Below are positions 12,483-23,725 of a stretch of DNA of 32,781 bases, piece by piece (within the stretch, counting starts at the first letter, position 1; each line of letters begins with the position of its first letter). The DNA comes from Chiloscyllium plagiosum (taxonomy: Eukaryota): positions 16,071,188 through 16,103,968 of the forward strand of contig NC_057751.1 of assembly GCF_004010195.1 (NCBI RefSeq), written 5' to 3'. The notes under the pieces are model-generated. The model made no database searches, was not told where the DNA came from, and saw nothing but the letters and a program-made list of their open reading frames with translations. The translations under genes were made by a program, and so were the position numbers.

Positions 12483-13264
12483 TTTCAGGTCTTTCACATT
12501 AAACCTCAGAGAGAAAGAGAGTGACCGATTCTGTATCCACGTCAGGTTCTCGGCACCTACATTCTCAGCGCCGGGGCCTGAGGTTTATGTTGCCAAGCCT
12601 GATGTCAATATAGAGAAGCTCAACATTTGTTTTTAGCACTTGTTCCAGAACCCACCGTGGCAGGTGTCATGTCACTGTGCAGGTTAATCCTGAGCCCCAG
12701 GCTAAGCACTGTGGGTGGAGTGTGGGCTCAAGCCTTCAGCACCGGCACTGGTGGAATTTAAGTCCAATGGGGTTTTGAGCCAGTCTTCTTGATGGTGTCC
12801 GTGTCAACAATCATTAGTCAGTCGCCCTCATGTCTTTTTAGGGAAGGCGGCATAGGTTTCAGGTGAGGTTTTGGGGGAAGCGGTGGTGGTGAAGTTTACA
12901 GGACTTGAAAGAGGAAAATCTTTTTTAAAACACTGAGGGTGTTAGGTGCCTGAAACGCACTGCCAGGGGATGTGATAGAGGCTGATACAAGAGGCATTAA
13001 AAGAGACTTATGAACCAGCAGGGAATAGAGGGATGCAGACCATGTACAGACGATAGGATTAGCATATTCTGGCATCAGACCTGGGGTTTATTCCTGTGCT
13101 GCATTGTTCAATACTTTATGCTAAGTCTGTCAACCTTATCTTGATCCAACCTATGTGACTCTAGACAGACAAACACAACACACACATACTTCTCCTCCAA
13201 CGCAGTCTACAGGTCTACTATCGACTGTTCTCTGAATTGGCCTTTGTGAGCTCTTCAAGAGACA

Positions 13265-13527
13265 GAGGCTTGAACACAAGCACCAACAGGCTCAAGACCA
13301 GCTGCTACCCTGCTGCTATTAGACTGCTGCAAGGACCTCTCTAACTTCAGATAATGTTGATCTTAATTTGTGCACCTCCTGTGCGGCCGTAATCTTGCAT
13401 TCCTCACTCTGTCTGAGCATCCTACCATCAGTATGTCCTTTTTCTCACTATGATCTGCCTGCATTGCTCGCAAAACAAAGCTTTTCACTGTACTTAAGTA
13501 CATGTGACTGTAATAAATCAAATTAAG
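13265..13527 (+). mobile_element. Rex1/Babar-like LINE 3' end
   Basis: caccaacaggctcaagaccagctgctaccctgctgctattagactgctg (decayed TNRLKNSFYP.AIRLL) and tail ttttcactgtac..gtacatgtgac..aataaatcaaat. Confidence 0.55.
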
Positions 13528-13639
13528 GAAGCAACTTAGAAGAGGAAAGTTTTTTTTAATACTGAGGGTGGTAGGTGCCGAGAGCGCACTGCCATTGGAA
13601 TGTGATAGAAGCTGAAACTGGGGGGGGAGTGGGCAGTGA

Positions 13640-13990
13640 ATGAAGACATCTGCAGCGGCTCAGCCAATTGGAAGCCAGGCTCAAAGTTGCAATTTGAGCC
13701 CAGAACGGGCAATTGGATCCTCATTTGGCTCTTGTTTAAAGGGCTTTTCCGATTGGCTCTTGTTTAAAGTGGGGGGGGGGGGGGGGGATTCCAATTCACC
13801 ATTTGCTTTGGGCCGTGACGATGAGGTGGTGGATTTGCGTATTTGCTAGCACGTATCCGTCAGTGACGGGAGGGGAAGTTGCACTTCCTATAAGTGAGCC
13901 CCATTTGAGGAGGCGGTGAGGGCATAGGCAGTAAAACCTGTGCTATTATTGTCACAGCCTGACCTGGTATCACTTCCTCCTTCAATCTCA
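13640..13990. promoter_or_regulatory. Candidate distal regulatory element
   Basis: Non-repetitive and locally CpG-richer; CCAAT/ATTGG sites, duplicated TTGGCTCTTGTTTAAAG (13725, 13753), ETS-like ACTTCC sites and a poly-G run. Confidence 0.35.
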
Positions 13991-14109
13991 ATAGCAGCTG
14001 AGTCACTGTGCAGTGTCCAAAACCAGTTTCTCCAGAAACCCGAGTTTCACAAAGCCAGCGGGAGATTGATAGCACCCTTTGAATGCTGGATAGCAAGAGG
14101 CTGCCCCAT

Positions 14110-14300
14110 TCATAGAATCCCTCCAGCGTGGAAAGATGCCAATCAGCCCATTGAATCCACACTGACCCTCTGAAGAGCATCCCAATTCAACCCACCTCCC
14201 CTTCCTATCCCCGTAACCCTGCATTTCCCATGGCTAATCCACATGAGCTGAACATTATGGGCAATTTAGCACGGTCAATCCACCCAACCTGCACATTGGG
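14110..14300 (-). mobile_element. HE1-like SINE, 3' half
   Basis: catagaatccctccagcgtggaa...gggcaatttagcacggtcaatccacccaacctgcacat; similar to 11990-12340 and 21590-21705. Confidence 0.7.
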
Positions 14301-14499
14301 TGCAACCCAGAGAATCAGAAGGAAACCTGCATAGACATGGGGACCCCATACCCAGCCCAAGGCACCTCGCGAGTGTGTTGGCAATCACAGTTAGCCAACA
14401 AGCTGAAGGCAACAGGAAAATCAAAGGATCTGCTTTTGTATGGCGTCTCTCGCAACCTCGAGGTGACCGAAGGCCAGTTAAATACTTGTGTGTAATGTG

Positions 14500-14800
14500 G
14501 TAGCACAGAACATGCAGCGCCTAATCTGCCCACAGCAGTACGATAATAGCAGAGCATCTACTTGTGACAGAGTCATTTGAGGATAAATATTAGTCAGGTC
14601 ACCCTGCTCTTCTTAGAATTGACGTCATGGGATCTTCGACACTGGTAGAGAGCACAGTTGCAGTCTTGGTGTGATGTCTCCTCTCGAAGGTACTGCCTAA
14701 ATCTAACCCGCTCCCATCGCTCCCAAACTAGGCTGAGTGTTATCCTTGACAGAGCAGACTCTTTCAGTGAGTGGTTTGGCGTCAGTGACATGGCTGAAGG
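14500..14800 (-). mobile_element. Old Deu-domain SINE remnant (SacSINE1/AmnSINE1-like)
   Basis: gaggataaatattagtcagg..ccctgctcttctt....catgggatctt resembles the reverse complement of the Deu domain. Confidence 0.45.
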
Positions 14801-15079
14801 CCCTGCAGTTGGCTGCAGGATCAGAGTAGCAAGGTGACAAATCATCGCACACCCTGGAGACGAAGCAGCTAGGGGGAAGGAAGGCTGGTGGCTGGGGAAA
14901 GTCCCAGGAGAAATCTGATTACAAAGCCAACAACGTTTAGTCTCATTTCACTGTTGAAAGATTGATAGAGGAAGGATTCACTGCAAACGTTCCGAATATT
15001 GTATACCCACTCATTTGGAATCGGATCGGGATGTGCCCAATAAAACTTACAAGTTGAAACTAACATGATACAGCAAAGG

Positions 15080-17065
15080 AAGATGAGAGTGATTGTGGGG
15101 TTGACAGTGACACTGATGGTGACAGTGACTCTGGGAATGACAGTGATCCTGGGAGTGACAGTGACCCTGGCATTGACAGTGACTCTGGGGGTGACAATGA
15201 CCTTGGGACTGATGGTGACCCTTTGGGGGTGACAGGTACTCTGAGAATGAAAGTGACTGAAGGGTGACAGTGACACTGTGGGGGTGACCGTGACAGTGAG
15301 AGTCACTGTGACTCTGGGGGTAACTGTGACTCTGATGGTGACAGTGACTGTGTGGGAGTGACAGTGACCCTGGGAGTTACAGTGATCTTCGGGGGTGACA
15401 GTGACTCTTGTGGGAGTGACAGTAACTCTGAGAGTGACAGTTACCCTAGGGTGATAGTGACCCTGGAGTGACAGTGACGCTGGGAGTGACAGTAACTCTG
15501 AGAGTGACAGTGACCCTGGGAGTGATGGTGGTCCTCAGGAATGACAGTGACTCTTGGGGGTGACAGTGACTCTGGGAGTGGCAGTGACTCTGGGGGTGAC
15601 AGTGGCCCTGGGAGTGATAGTGATCCTCAGAAATGACAGTGACTCTGGGAGGTGACAGTGACCCTGGGGGTGACAGTGACTCTGGGAGTGACAGTGACTC
15701 TGGGGGTGACAGTGGCCCTGGGAGTGATGGTGGTCTTCAGGAATGACAGTGACTCTGGGGGGTGACAGTGACCCTGGGGGTGACAGTGACTCTGGGAGTG
15801 ACGGTGACTCTGGGGGTGACAGTGACACTGGGAGTGACGGTGACTCTGGGGGTGACAGTGACTCTGGGAGTGATGGTGACTCTGGGGGTGACAGTGACTA
15901 TGAGAGTGGACAGTGACTCTGGGGGTGATAGTGACTCTGGGAGTGATGGTGATCCTCAGGAATGACAGTGACCCTGGGGGTGACAGTGACCCTGGGGGTG
16001 ACAGTGACTCTGGGGGTGACAGTGTCCCTGGGAGTGATGGTGGTCCTCAGGAATGACAGTGACTCTGGGGGGTGACAGTGACTCTGGGGGTGACAGTGAC
16101 TCTGGGAGTGATGGTGACTCTGGGGGTGACAGTGACTCTGGGAGTGATGGTGACTCTGGGGGTGACAGTGACTATGAGAGTGAAGGTCATCCTCGGGGGT
16201 GATAGTGACTCTGGGAGTGATGGTGATCCTCGAGGTGATAGTGACTCTGGGGTGACAGTGACCCTGGGAGTGACAGTGACTCTGGGGGTGATAGTGACTC
16301 TGGGAGTGATGGTGATCCTTGAGGTGATAGTGACTCTGGGGTGACAGTGACCCTGGGAGTGACGGTGACTCTGGGGGTGACAATGACTCTGGGAGTGACT
16401 GTGATCCTCGGAGTGATATTGACTCTGCGGTGACAGTGACTCTGGGGTGACAGTGATCCTCGGGGTGATATTGACTCTGGGGTGGGAGCGACAGTGATCC
16501 TCGAGGTGATAGTGACTCTGCGGTGACAGTGACTCTGGGAGTGACGGTGATCCTCGGGGTGATATTGACTCTGGGGTGACAGTGACTCTGGGAGTGACAG
16601 TGATCTTCAGGGTGACAGTGACTCTGGGAGTGACAGCGATCCTCGGGGTGATAGTGACTCTGGGGTCACAGTGATTCTCAGGGTGACAGTGAATCTTGTG
16701 GGGGGGGGTGACAGTGACTCTGGGAGTGACGGTGATCCTCGGGGTGATAGTGATCCTTGGGTGATGGTGAACCTCGGGGGTAACAGTGACTCCTGGGGGT
16801 GACAGTGACTCTGGGAGTTACGGTGATCCTCAGGGCTGATAGTGTCTCTGGGAGTGACAATGACTCTGGGAGTGATAGTTACTCTGTGGGGTGGGGTGGA
16901 GCTGGTTGGTGATAGTGACCCTGGGGGTGACAGCGACTCTGGCAGGTGACAGTAACTCTGGGGTGATAGTGACCCTGGGAGTGATGGTGATCCCTGGGGG
17001 TGACAGTGTCTCTGGGAGTGACAGAGACTCTGTGGGGTGAGGGCGGGGGGCAGGTGACTGAACTT
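15080..17065. repeat. G-rich minisatellite, about 18-bp unit GTGACAGTGACTCTGGG(A/G)
   Basis: About 2 kb of tandem degenerate units built from GTGACA/GTGACT hexamers, with longer internal re-duplicated blocks. Confidence 0.95.
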
Positions 17066-17949
17066 GGGAATGACAGTGTGCCCAAGTCTGGGATACCTGA
17101 CTGTGATGAAAGCTTTTCCAAGCCTCTTCCTCCTTAAGCAGCTCCCTCTCTGACCGCTTTGTGTCTGTGCCTACACTGAATGGATTGCAAGTTATCATCA
17201 GCCTCACTTAGGGCAATTAGGAATGGGCTTACCTCCCTGTCCTGTGCTGTGACTGAATAGGATAGGGGCTCAGATGCATGTAAAATGTCTGGAACCATCC
17301 CTGGTTGATGAGGAACAGTGAAACATTTTCTGATCTTCCGGTGCTAGCAATCTGACGGGGGTTGGGGAGTTGACAGAGACAAGTTTTCTCCAGCCCGTCT
17401 CTTCACTACAAGGTGTTCAGCAGTTACCTTGGGCCTCCTGTTCCGGAGATGACTCTGATACTGAAGCTGGGGCTCATTCCCAACTTCAGGAAGGTTAGGA
17501 CGGTTGGGTCATGAGTGAGTGGAGTGGGAAAGGGGCATGGGCAGAGTTAGAGAGAAAGAGCAACACCCCCCCCATCTCACCCCCCTCCCCCCGCCAAGAA
17601 GTAGGGGTTACATCCCAAGGAGGTGGAGAGAGCAGGACAGTAACCCTTCATGTTTCAGGAGTGAATGAGTTAATCCCTGTCACCTGCACCACTCACACAG
17701 AACTCTTAAAATGAGATATTGTGCCTGGCACTGTTTTATCTCACACGCAGGCTTTTACTCAGTGTACTCCGCTGGAATAACGCCACACTCAGATAAACAC
17801 TTACAATTTGTGGAGTGGTCTGGGCAATTGTTGCATTATTAAAGGTTAGGGCTCGTCTTGAAGTCATAGCAATATGATCACTCAAATGTACAAGCCACCA
17901 GCAACCAAGACCTTTCTCTTCTTCTCAAAGCTGGAATGGAGCTGGAACT

Positions 17950-19070
17950 GTCTGACTGCATCTACAGGTTCTGTCTTACATACAGTACATCTGCACTCTG
18001 TCCGTCTGACTGACAGCATCTCATTCTCTGTCTGTTTCACTGACAGCACTTCGACACTGTATCTGTGATGAAAAGCTTATACCCAAAACATGGACTCTCC
18101 TGCTCCTCGGTTGCTGCCTGACCTGCTGTGCTTTTCCAGCATCCATGCCTTTCAACCCTCCAGCACCTGCAGTCCTCAGTTTCTTCATACTGTGTCTGTC
18201 TGTCAGCACTTCCACGCTGTCTGTCTGACTAACAGCATCTCCACACTGTGTCTGTCTGTCTGACTGATAGCACCTCAATACTGTGTCTGTCTGAGTGACT
18301 GACAGCCTCTCTGTACTGTGCCTGACTGACAGCACCTCCACTCTGCATCTGTCTGACTGATAGCACCTCCACACGATGTCTGTGTGCCAACACTTCCACA
18401 TTGTGTCTGCCTGACAGCACTTCCAGTCTGTGTCTGTCTGACTGACAGCACCTCAGTACTGTCTTTCTGACTGACTGACAGCACCTCCATACTGTGCCTA
18501 ACTGACAGCACCTCCACACTGTGTCTGTCTGACTGACAGCACCTCAGTACTGTCTTTCTGACTGACTGACAGCACCTCCATACTGTGCCTAACTGACAGC
18601 ACCTCCATTCTGTGTCTGTCTGACTGATAGCACCTCAATACTGTCTTTCTGACGGACTGACAGCACTTCCACTCTGTGTCTGTCTGACTGACAGCACCTC
18701 AATACTGTCTTTCTGACTGACTGACAGCACCTCTGTACTGGGCCTAACTGACAGCACCTCCATTCTGTGTCTCTCTGACTGATAGCACCTCTGCACTGTA
18801 TTTGTCTGTCTGACTGACAGCACATGTACACTGTATCTGTCTGACTGACAGCACCTCTGTACTGTGTAGTCTGACTGATAGTTCCTCCACACTATCTCAC
18901 TGACATACCTTCACACACTGTCTGACCAACAGCACCATCATTCTCTGTCTTTCTGACTGAAAGTACTTTCTTGCTCTGCCTATCTGACTGACATCACCTC
19001 CATGTTCTGAACGACTTCAGCACCTCTATCTGTCTGACTGACAGCGCCCCATCATGCTCTATCTGTCTCA
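17950..19070. repeat. Minisatellite, about 29-34 bp unit CTGACTGACAGCACCTCCACACTGTGTCTGT
   Basis: About 1.1 kb of tandem degenerate units. Confidence 0.93.
18065..18185 (+). mobile_element. Degenerate single-arm copy of the same Penelope-like family
   Basis: gtgatgaaaagcttatacccaaaacatg (decayed hammerhead) followed by ctcctgctcctcggttgctgcctgacctgctgtgcttttccagc and the tail; embedded in a minisatellite. Confidence 0.7.
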
Positions 19071-19400
19071 CTGTCCTTGTCCTTCCAGGCAGAAGAGGTC
19101 ATGGGTTGGAAGGTGTTGTCTAAGGAACTTCAGTGAGTTGCTGCAGTGCATCTTGTAGATGGTACACACCACTGCTACTGAGCGTCAGTGGTGGAGGGTG
19201 TGGATATGGTGCCAATCAAGCGGACTGGTTTGTCCTGGATGGCATCGAGCTTCTTGGGTGTTGTTGGAGCTGCCCCCATCCAGGGTAAGTGGGGAATATT
19301 CCGTCACAGTCCTGACTTGTGCCTTGTCAATGGTGGGGACAGGCTTTGGGGGGTCAGGTGGAGAGTGACTCACTGCAGGATTCCCAGCCTCTAACCTGCT
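19070..19400 (-). mobile_element. LINE (CR1/L2-group) fragment
   Basis: Homologous to 1420-1770; translates IDKAQVRTVTEYSPL. Confidence 0.7.
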
Positions 19401-20317
19401 CAGACCCCTCTTGATGTAATGCAGCAGATGGTGCAAAAGACAAAAAAGACACCGTTAAAAAAAAATCTGTTTTCGACTTTATTTAGAGTCATAGAGTCAT
19501 AGAGATGTACAGCATGGAAACAGACCCTTCGGTCCAACGCGTCCATGCCGAACAGATATCCCAATGCAACAAAAAAATTAAGTTTGTTCTGGTGTCGTTG
19601 ACGTGTCATCTTGCTATTGGCGAAAGAACTGAAAATTGACAATATTCTCTCCTTCAGTGCAACATCCAAGATCATTAAATTGCAAGGTCACATAGTCTCA
19701 GGTTAGGCCACATTAAGTTTTTTAAAAATGGATAAACTTTGACATTGAGGTTGCTTCAACCATTAACTGAACTCTCTCCAGCGTCATGTTATCTTTACTC
19801 AGAAATGCTGTATATTTGAAATGACATGAGATCCAGCTGGGAGAGAGGCAAGGTGAGTCACATCTCAGCTTGCATTGTGACTCATTGTCAAATGCACTGA
19901 GAGAGAGAGAGAGAAAGAGCAGGCATACTTCTAAAGTAACTTGGAAACACTCAAAGATTTCACATCACAGTTTGACAGCAGTTCTGATTGGCAATTCGAT
20001 ACTACGCATAGCTACTCAATTACAATACACTTCAATTCAATACAGCACAGGAACAGGCCCTTCAGCCCACCAAGCCCGCGCCGATTCTAATCCTTATTTA
20101 GATCCATTATTTATTGCCCATGCACCATTTATATCCCTCTGTTCACATCCCATGCACGTGTCTATTGAGATATGCCTTAACCGTTGCTAATGTGTCTGTT
20201 TCCACCACCAGGCACCCACCACCTCCTGAGTGAAATTTCTTTTCCCCGCACGTCTCTCCTAAACATTTCACCTTGAACCTGTGCCCTCTTGTCATTGACC
20301 TTTCCACCCTGTGAAAT

Positions 20318-20506
20318 AGCTGAAAATGTGTTGCTGGAAAAGCGCAGCAGGTCAGGCAGCATCCAAGGAACAGGAGAATCGACGTTTCGGGCATAAGCCC
20401 TTCTTCAGGAATTCTCCTGTTCCTTGGTTGCTGCCTGACCTGCTGCGCTTTTCCAGCAACACATTTTCAGCTCTGATCTCCAGCATCTGCAGCCCTCACT
20501 TTCTCT
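20318..20506. mobile_element. Short palindromic Penelope-like element insertion (inverted pseudo-LTR plus tail)
   Basis: 62-bp inverted arms 20318-20379 / 20411-20472 (1 mismatch), 31-nt spacer and a 34-nt one-sided tail. Flanking direct repeat CACCCTGTGAAAT(AGC) at 20305 and 20507. Interrupts a CR1 fragment. Confidence 0.8.
20371..20419 (-). ncRNA. Minimal type I hammerhead ribozyme motif (Penelope-type)
   Basis: Minus strand reads caggagaauuc-CUGAAGA-A-GGGC-UUAU-GCCC-GAAA-CGUC/gauucuccug: conserved CUGANGA and GAAA boxes, 4-bp stem II, palindromic ACGU in place of helix III, GUC cleavage triplet, and stem I formed by the flanking arms. Confidence 0.7.
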
Positions 20507-21737
20507 CACCCTGTGAAATAGCCTATTTTAGCCTCTCATAATTTTGTAGACCTCATTCAGATAGCCCCTCAGCCTCTGTCTTTACAATGAAAACAATCTG
20601 AGTTAGTACTAGCTAATATATAGCCACTAAGGATGAGTTACATCAGGTGTCATTCAAGTTCTGTTTCAGTGCTCTTAGTGTCTGGAGGCACTGGGAACCC
20701 ACAGCACAATAACTCCACAGAGATTAGTATCATATCACCAAGTCACCCTTTATATACACATGGACAGTCCTTGACTTTAGTAATGCCTCATTCAGAATCA
20801 GTTACCGGGGTATTCCTGATATTCCTGTTTTTTTTTGTCCAGTTTGTCCCATCCCCTCTCAATCATGTTCAGTGTCACCATCGCTACGCACCCACACCGG
20901 AGGACCTCCTAGATCACACCGTGGGACAACTCGGGCCAGCTCAATGCACAGGGAGATCCCACAAACAGGAGAATGGCGGTTGGGGGCGACGGTAGGTTGG
21001 GAGATGCTGGAAGGGTGAGGTAGAATGGAAGATTCAGAAGACAAACTGGCGTCTATCTATTTTCCTCTGACACAACCTTGTGAGTTGAGTGCCATTTGCA
21101 AAACAAGGATCTAGCCTCCCTCCATCCACCATGTGAATAGGCTCTTGAGAAGGTGCCATCTCTCCAGATCATCACCGAAAGCAGTCAAGACTCAACCATT
21201 GCTGCCATGTGAACCTGGAGTCACATTTAGACCAGACCAGGAAAAGGACAGCAGATTCCCTCTTCTGAAGTAGACTAGGGTGAGCCAGATGGGTTTTTGT
21301 ACCAATTCGGTCCTTCCTTGATCATTATGGGGTGTGGGCAGTATAAGAATTTTATTCCTCCAACCAGGCAACCCTCCAAAATCTTTCTGCTCCTTCCAAT
21401 TCTTGAGCATTGCCAACTTTATCTGCTCTGCTTTTGGAAGACAAGTCTTCAGCTGCTTGAACACTAAGCTCTGGAACTGTCTTCCACAACCTCTTCCCCC
21501 CATTGTCTCCTCTTTAAAAGCATTTCTTGGCACCTTAAGCAAATCTTAGGTCATTTGTCCTTCTACTCCCTGAAGTGGTGGTTATTCATAGAATCACAGA
21601 ATTCCTACAGTGAAGGGATATTCAGCCCATTGAATCCACACTGACCCTCCAAAAAGTATCCCACCTAGACTCACTCCCCCTACCCTACCCCTGTAACTCT
21701 GCACGTCATGGGAATGGTTCCAGACAACAGCTGACAA

Positions 21738-22035
21738 TGGTGGCACGGTGGCTCAGTGGTTAGCACTGGGTTCAGTTCCACCCTTGGACGACTGTCTGTA
21801 TGTCGCTTATATATTCTCCCCCTGTGTCTGCATGGGTTTTCACCAGGTGCTCAAGTTTCCTCCCACAGTCCAAAGATGTGTAGGTTAGGTGGATTGGGCA
21901 TGCTAAATTGCCCCATAGTTTCCAGGGATGTGCAGGCTAGGTGAATAGGGAGGTGGGTCTAGGTGGGATGTTCTTTGGAGGGTTGGTGTGAATTTGATGG
22001 GCTGAATGGCCTATCCCTACACTGTGGGGGTTCTA
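21738..22035 (+). mobile_element. HE1-like tRNA-derived SINE
   Basis: ggcacggtggctcagtggttagcact head, core tcccacagtccaaagatgtg, CR1-like tail gatgggctgaatggcct. Confidence 0.8.
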
Positions 22036-23725
22036 GGATCAGTGCTGGGGTCTCAACACTTTAGAATTTGTGTTGAAGAATTGGCTGTAATTACAGTAAC
22101 TAAATCGCTGGCAACACAAAGATAGGTGGGAAGGAATGTTTTAAAGGGGACAGCCTGCTGATAATCTTTTGTCACCCCCTCCCTCCGTTACTGACCAAGA
22201 ATCAATCCACCTCTTTCAAAGAGAGTTTCAAAGTCTTGTGACCCCCTCAGAGAGAGAAACAAAAATTATCCTCATCTTGTCCTAAACGGGAGCCCCTACA
22301 TTTTAAAAAAGTGACCCCTTGTTCGAGATTCTCCCACAAGCGGGGACACCCTGTCCACATCCAGCCAGTCATGTCAACCTCAGCATCTTACATGTTTCAA
22401 TCAAGGCACCACCTACTCTTCCAGCAGATACTAGCCCGATCTTTCCCCACAACGTAACCGACCCATTCCAGGAGCTACTCCGGTAAACTTTCCCTGAATT
22501 ATTTCCAAAGCTTAAACACAGAGACCAGTACAGTACACAGTAAGCCAGATGTGACCTCTCCAATGCTGTGTAAATGAATTGGAATCTCCCTTCTGTATTT
22601 AATTCCCCTGGTGATAAGTGATAACATTCTATTAGCTTTCCTGATTACTTGTTGTACCTTTGAGGAGAAAGTGAGGTCTGCAGATGCTGGAGATCAGAGC
22701 TGGAAATGTGTTGCTGGAAAAGCGCAGCAGGTCAGGCAGCATCCAGGGAACAGGAGAATCGACGTTTCGGCTTATGCCCAAAACGTCGATTCTCCTGTTC
22801 CCTGGATGCTGCCTGACCTGCTGCGCTTTTCCAGCAACACATTTCCAGCTACTTGTTGTACCTGCACACTGGCCTTCTGTGTGATTCATGCTGTAGGACA
22901 CAGAGATCCCTCTGTATCTCAGAGCTCTGTAACCTCTCACCATTTAGATAACATGCTTCATTTTTTATTCTCCCTGCCAAAATCGGCAATTTCATATTCT
23001 CCCACATTGTACTCCGAGAGGGTAAAGATGTGGCAAATGGAGGGGGTGACAAAAGATTATCAGCAGGATGTCCCCTTTAAAACATTCCTTCCCACCTATC
23101 TTTGTGTTGCCAGCAAATTTAGTTACTGTAATTACAGCCAATTCCTCAATGCAAATTCTAAAGAGTTGAGACCCCAGCACTGATCCTAGAACCCCCACAG
23201 TGTAGGGATAGGCCATTCACACCAACCCTCCAAAGAACATCCCACCTAGACCCACCTCCCTATTCACCTAGCCTGCACATCCCTGGAAACTATGGGGCAA
23301 TTTAGCATGCCCTGCTGGAAGAGTAGGTGGTGCCTTGATTGAAACATGTAAGATGCTGAGGTTGACATGACTGGCTGGATGTGGACAGGGTGTCCCCGCT
23401 TGTGGGAGAATCTCGAACAAGGGGTCACTTTTTAAAAATGTAGGGGCTCCCGTTTAGAACAAGATGAGGATAATTTTTGTTTCTCTCTCTGAGGGGGTCA
23501 CAAGACTTTGAAACTCTCAAAAGGCAGTGGAAGTGGAGTCTTTCAATCTTATTAAGGCCGAGGTGGATTGATTCTTGGTCAGTAAGGGGGGAAGGGGGTG
23601 ACGAAAGGTTATCAGCAGGAAGCGAGAATATGAGTGGCTCTGATCAGCTACAGTCTTACTGATCAGCCTAGCAGGCTTGATGGGCTGAATGACCTACTCT
23701 TTCTCCCAGTTTGTATGTCTGTGTG
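22036..23725. mobile_element. Rearranged CR1 LINE (RT to 3' end) with internal inversion
   Basis: Fragments translate GSVLGSQLF..KFAGNTKIGG, YLNGERLQSSEIQRDL, HLAYCVLYWS and LIETCKMLR in mixed orientations. Confidence 0.8.
22660..22850. mobile_element. Short palindromic Penelope-like element insertion (same family as 20318-20506)
   Basis: Perfect 70-bp inverted arms 22698-22767 / 22781-22850, 13-nt loop and 38-nt tail. Direct repeat TACTTGTTGTACCT at 22646 and 22850. The hammerhead is truncated (no CUGANGA). Confidence 0.8.

Larger units (their letters stand above)
20040..20610 (-). mobile_element. CR1 LINE 3' fragment hosting the Penelope-like insertion
   Basis: ...VERSMTRGHRFKV... and tail gggctgaagggcctgttcctgtgctgta; sequence is contiguous across the TSD. 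Confidence 0.7.

Noticed and set aside
14869-17207. ORFs with TVTLGV / HSQSHCHPQ repeats resembling ice-binding or His-rich proteins
   Set aside because: Translations of a minisatellite with frequent frameshifts, occurring on both strands, with no splice or start context.
17950-19070. CRISPR-like periodicity of about 30 bp
   Set aside because: Head-to-tail degenerate units without unique spacers, no cas genes, vertebrate context.
21738-21790. tRNA-like heads (also about 10680-10742 and 12420-12482)
   Set aside because: SINE heads; no complete cloverleaf.
22761-22790. Second functional hammerhead
   Set aside because: CUGANGA is missing on both strands and the plus-strand GAAA is mutated to AAAA.
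22698-22850. pre-miRNA or classical MITE
   Set aside because: The asymmetric tail, 14-bp TSD, variable fold-back point and hammerhead remnants fit a Penelope-like insertion better; small-RNA production is not excluded.
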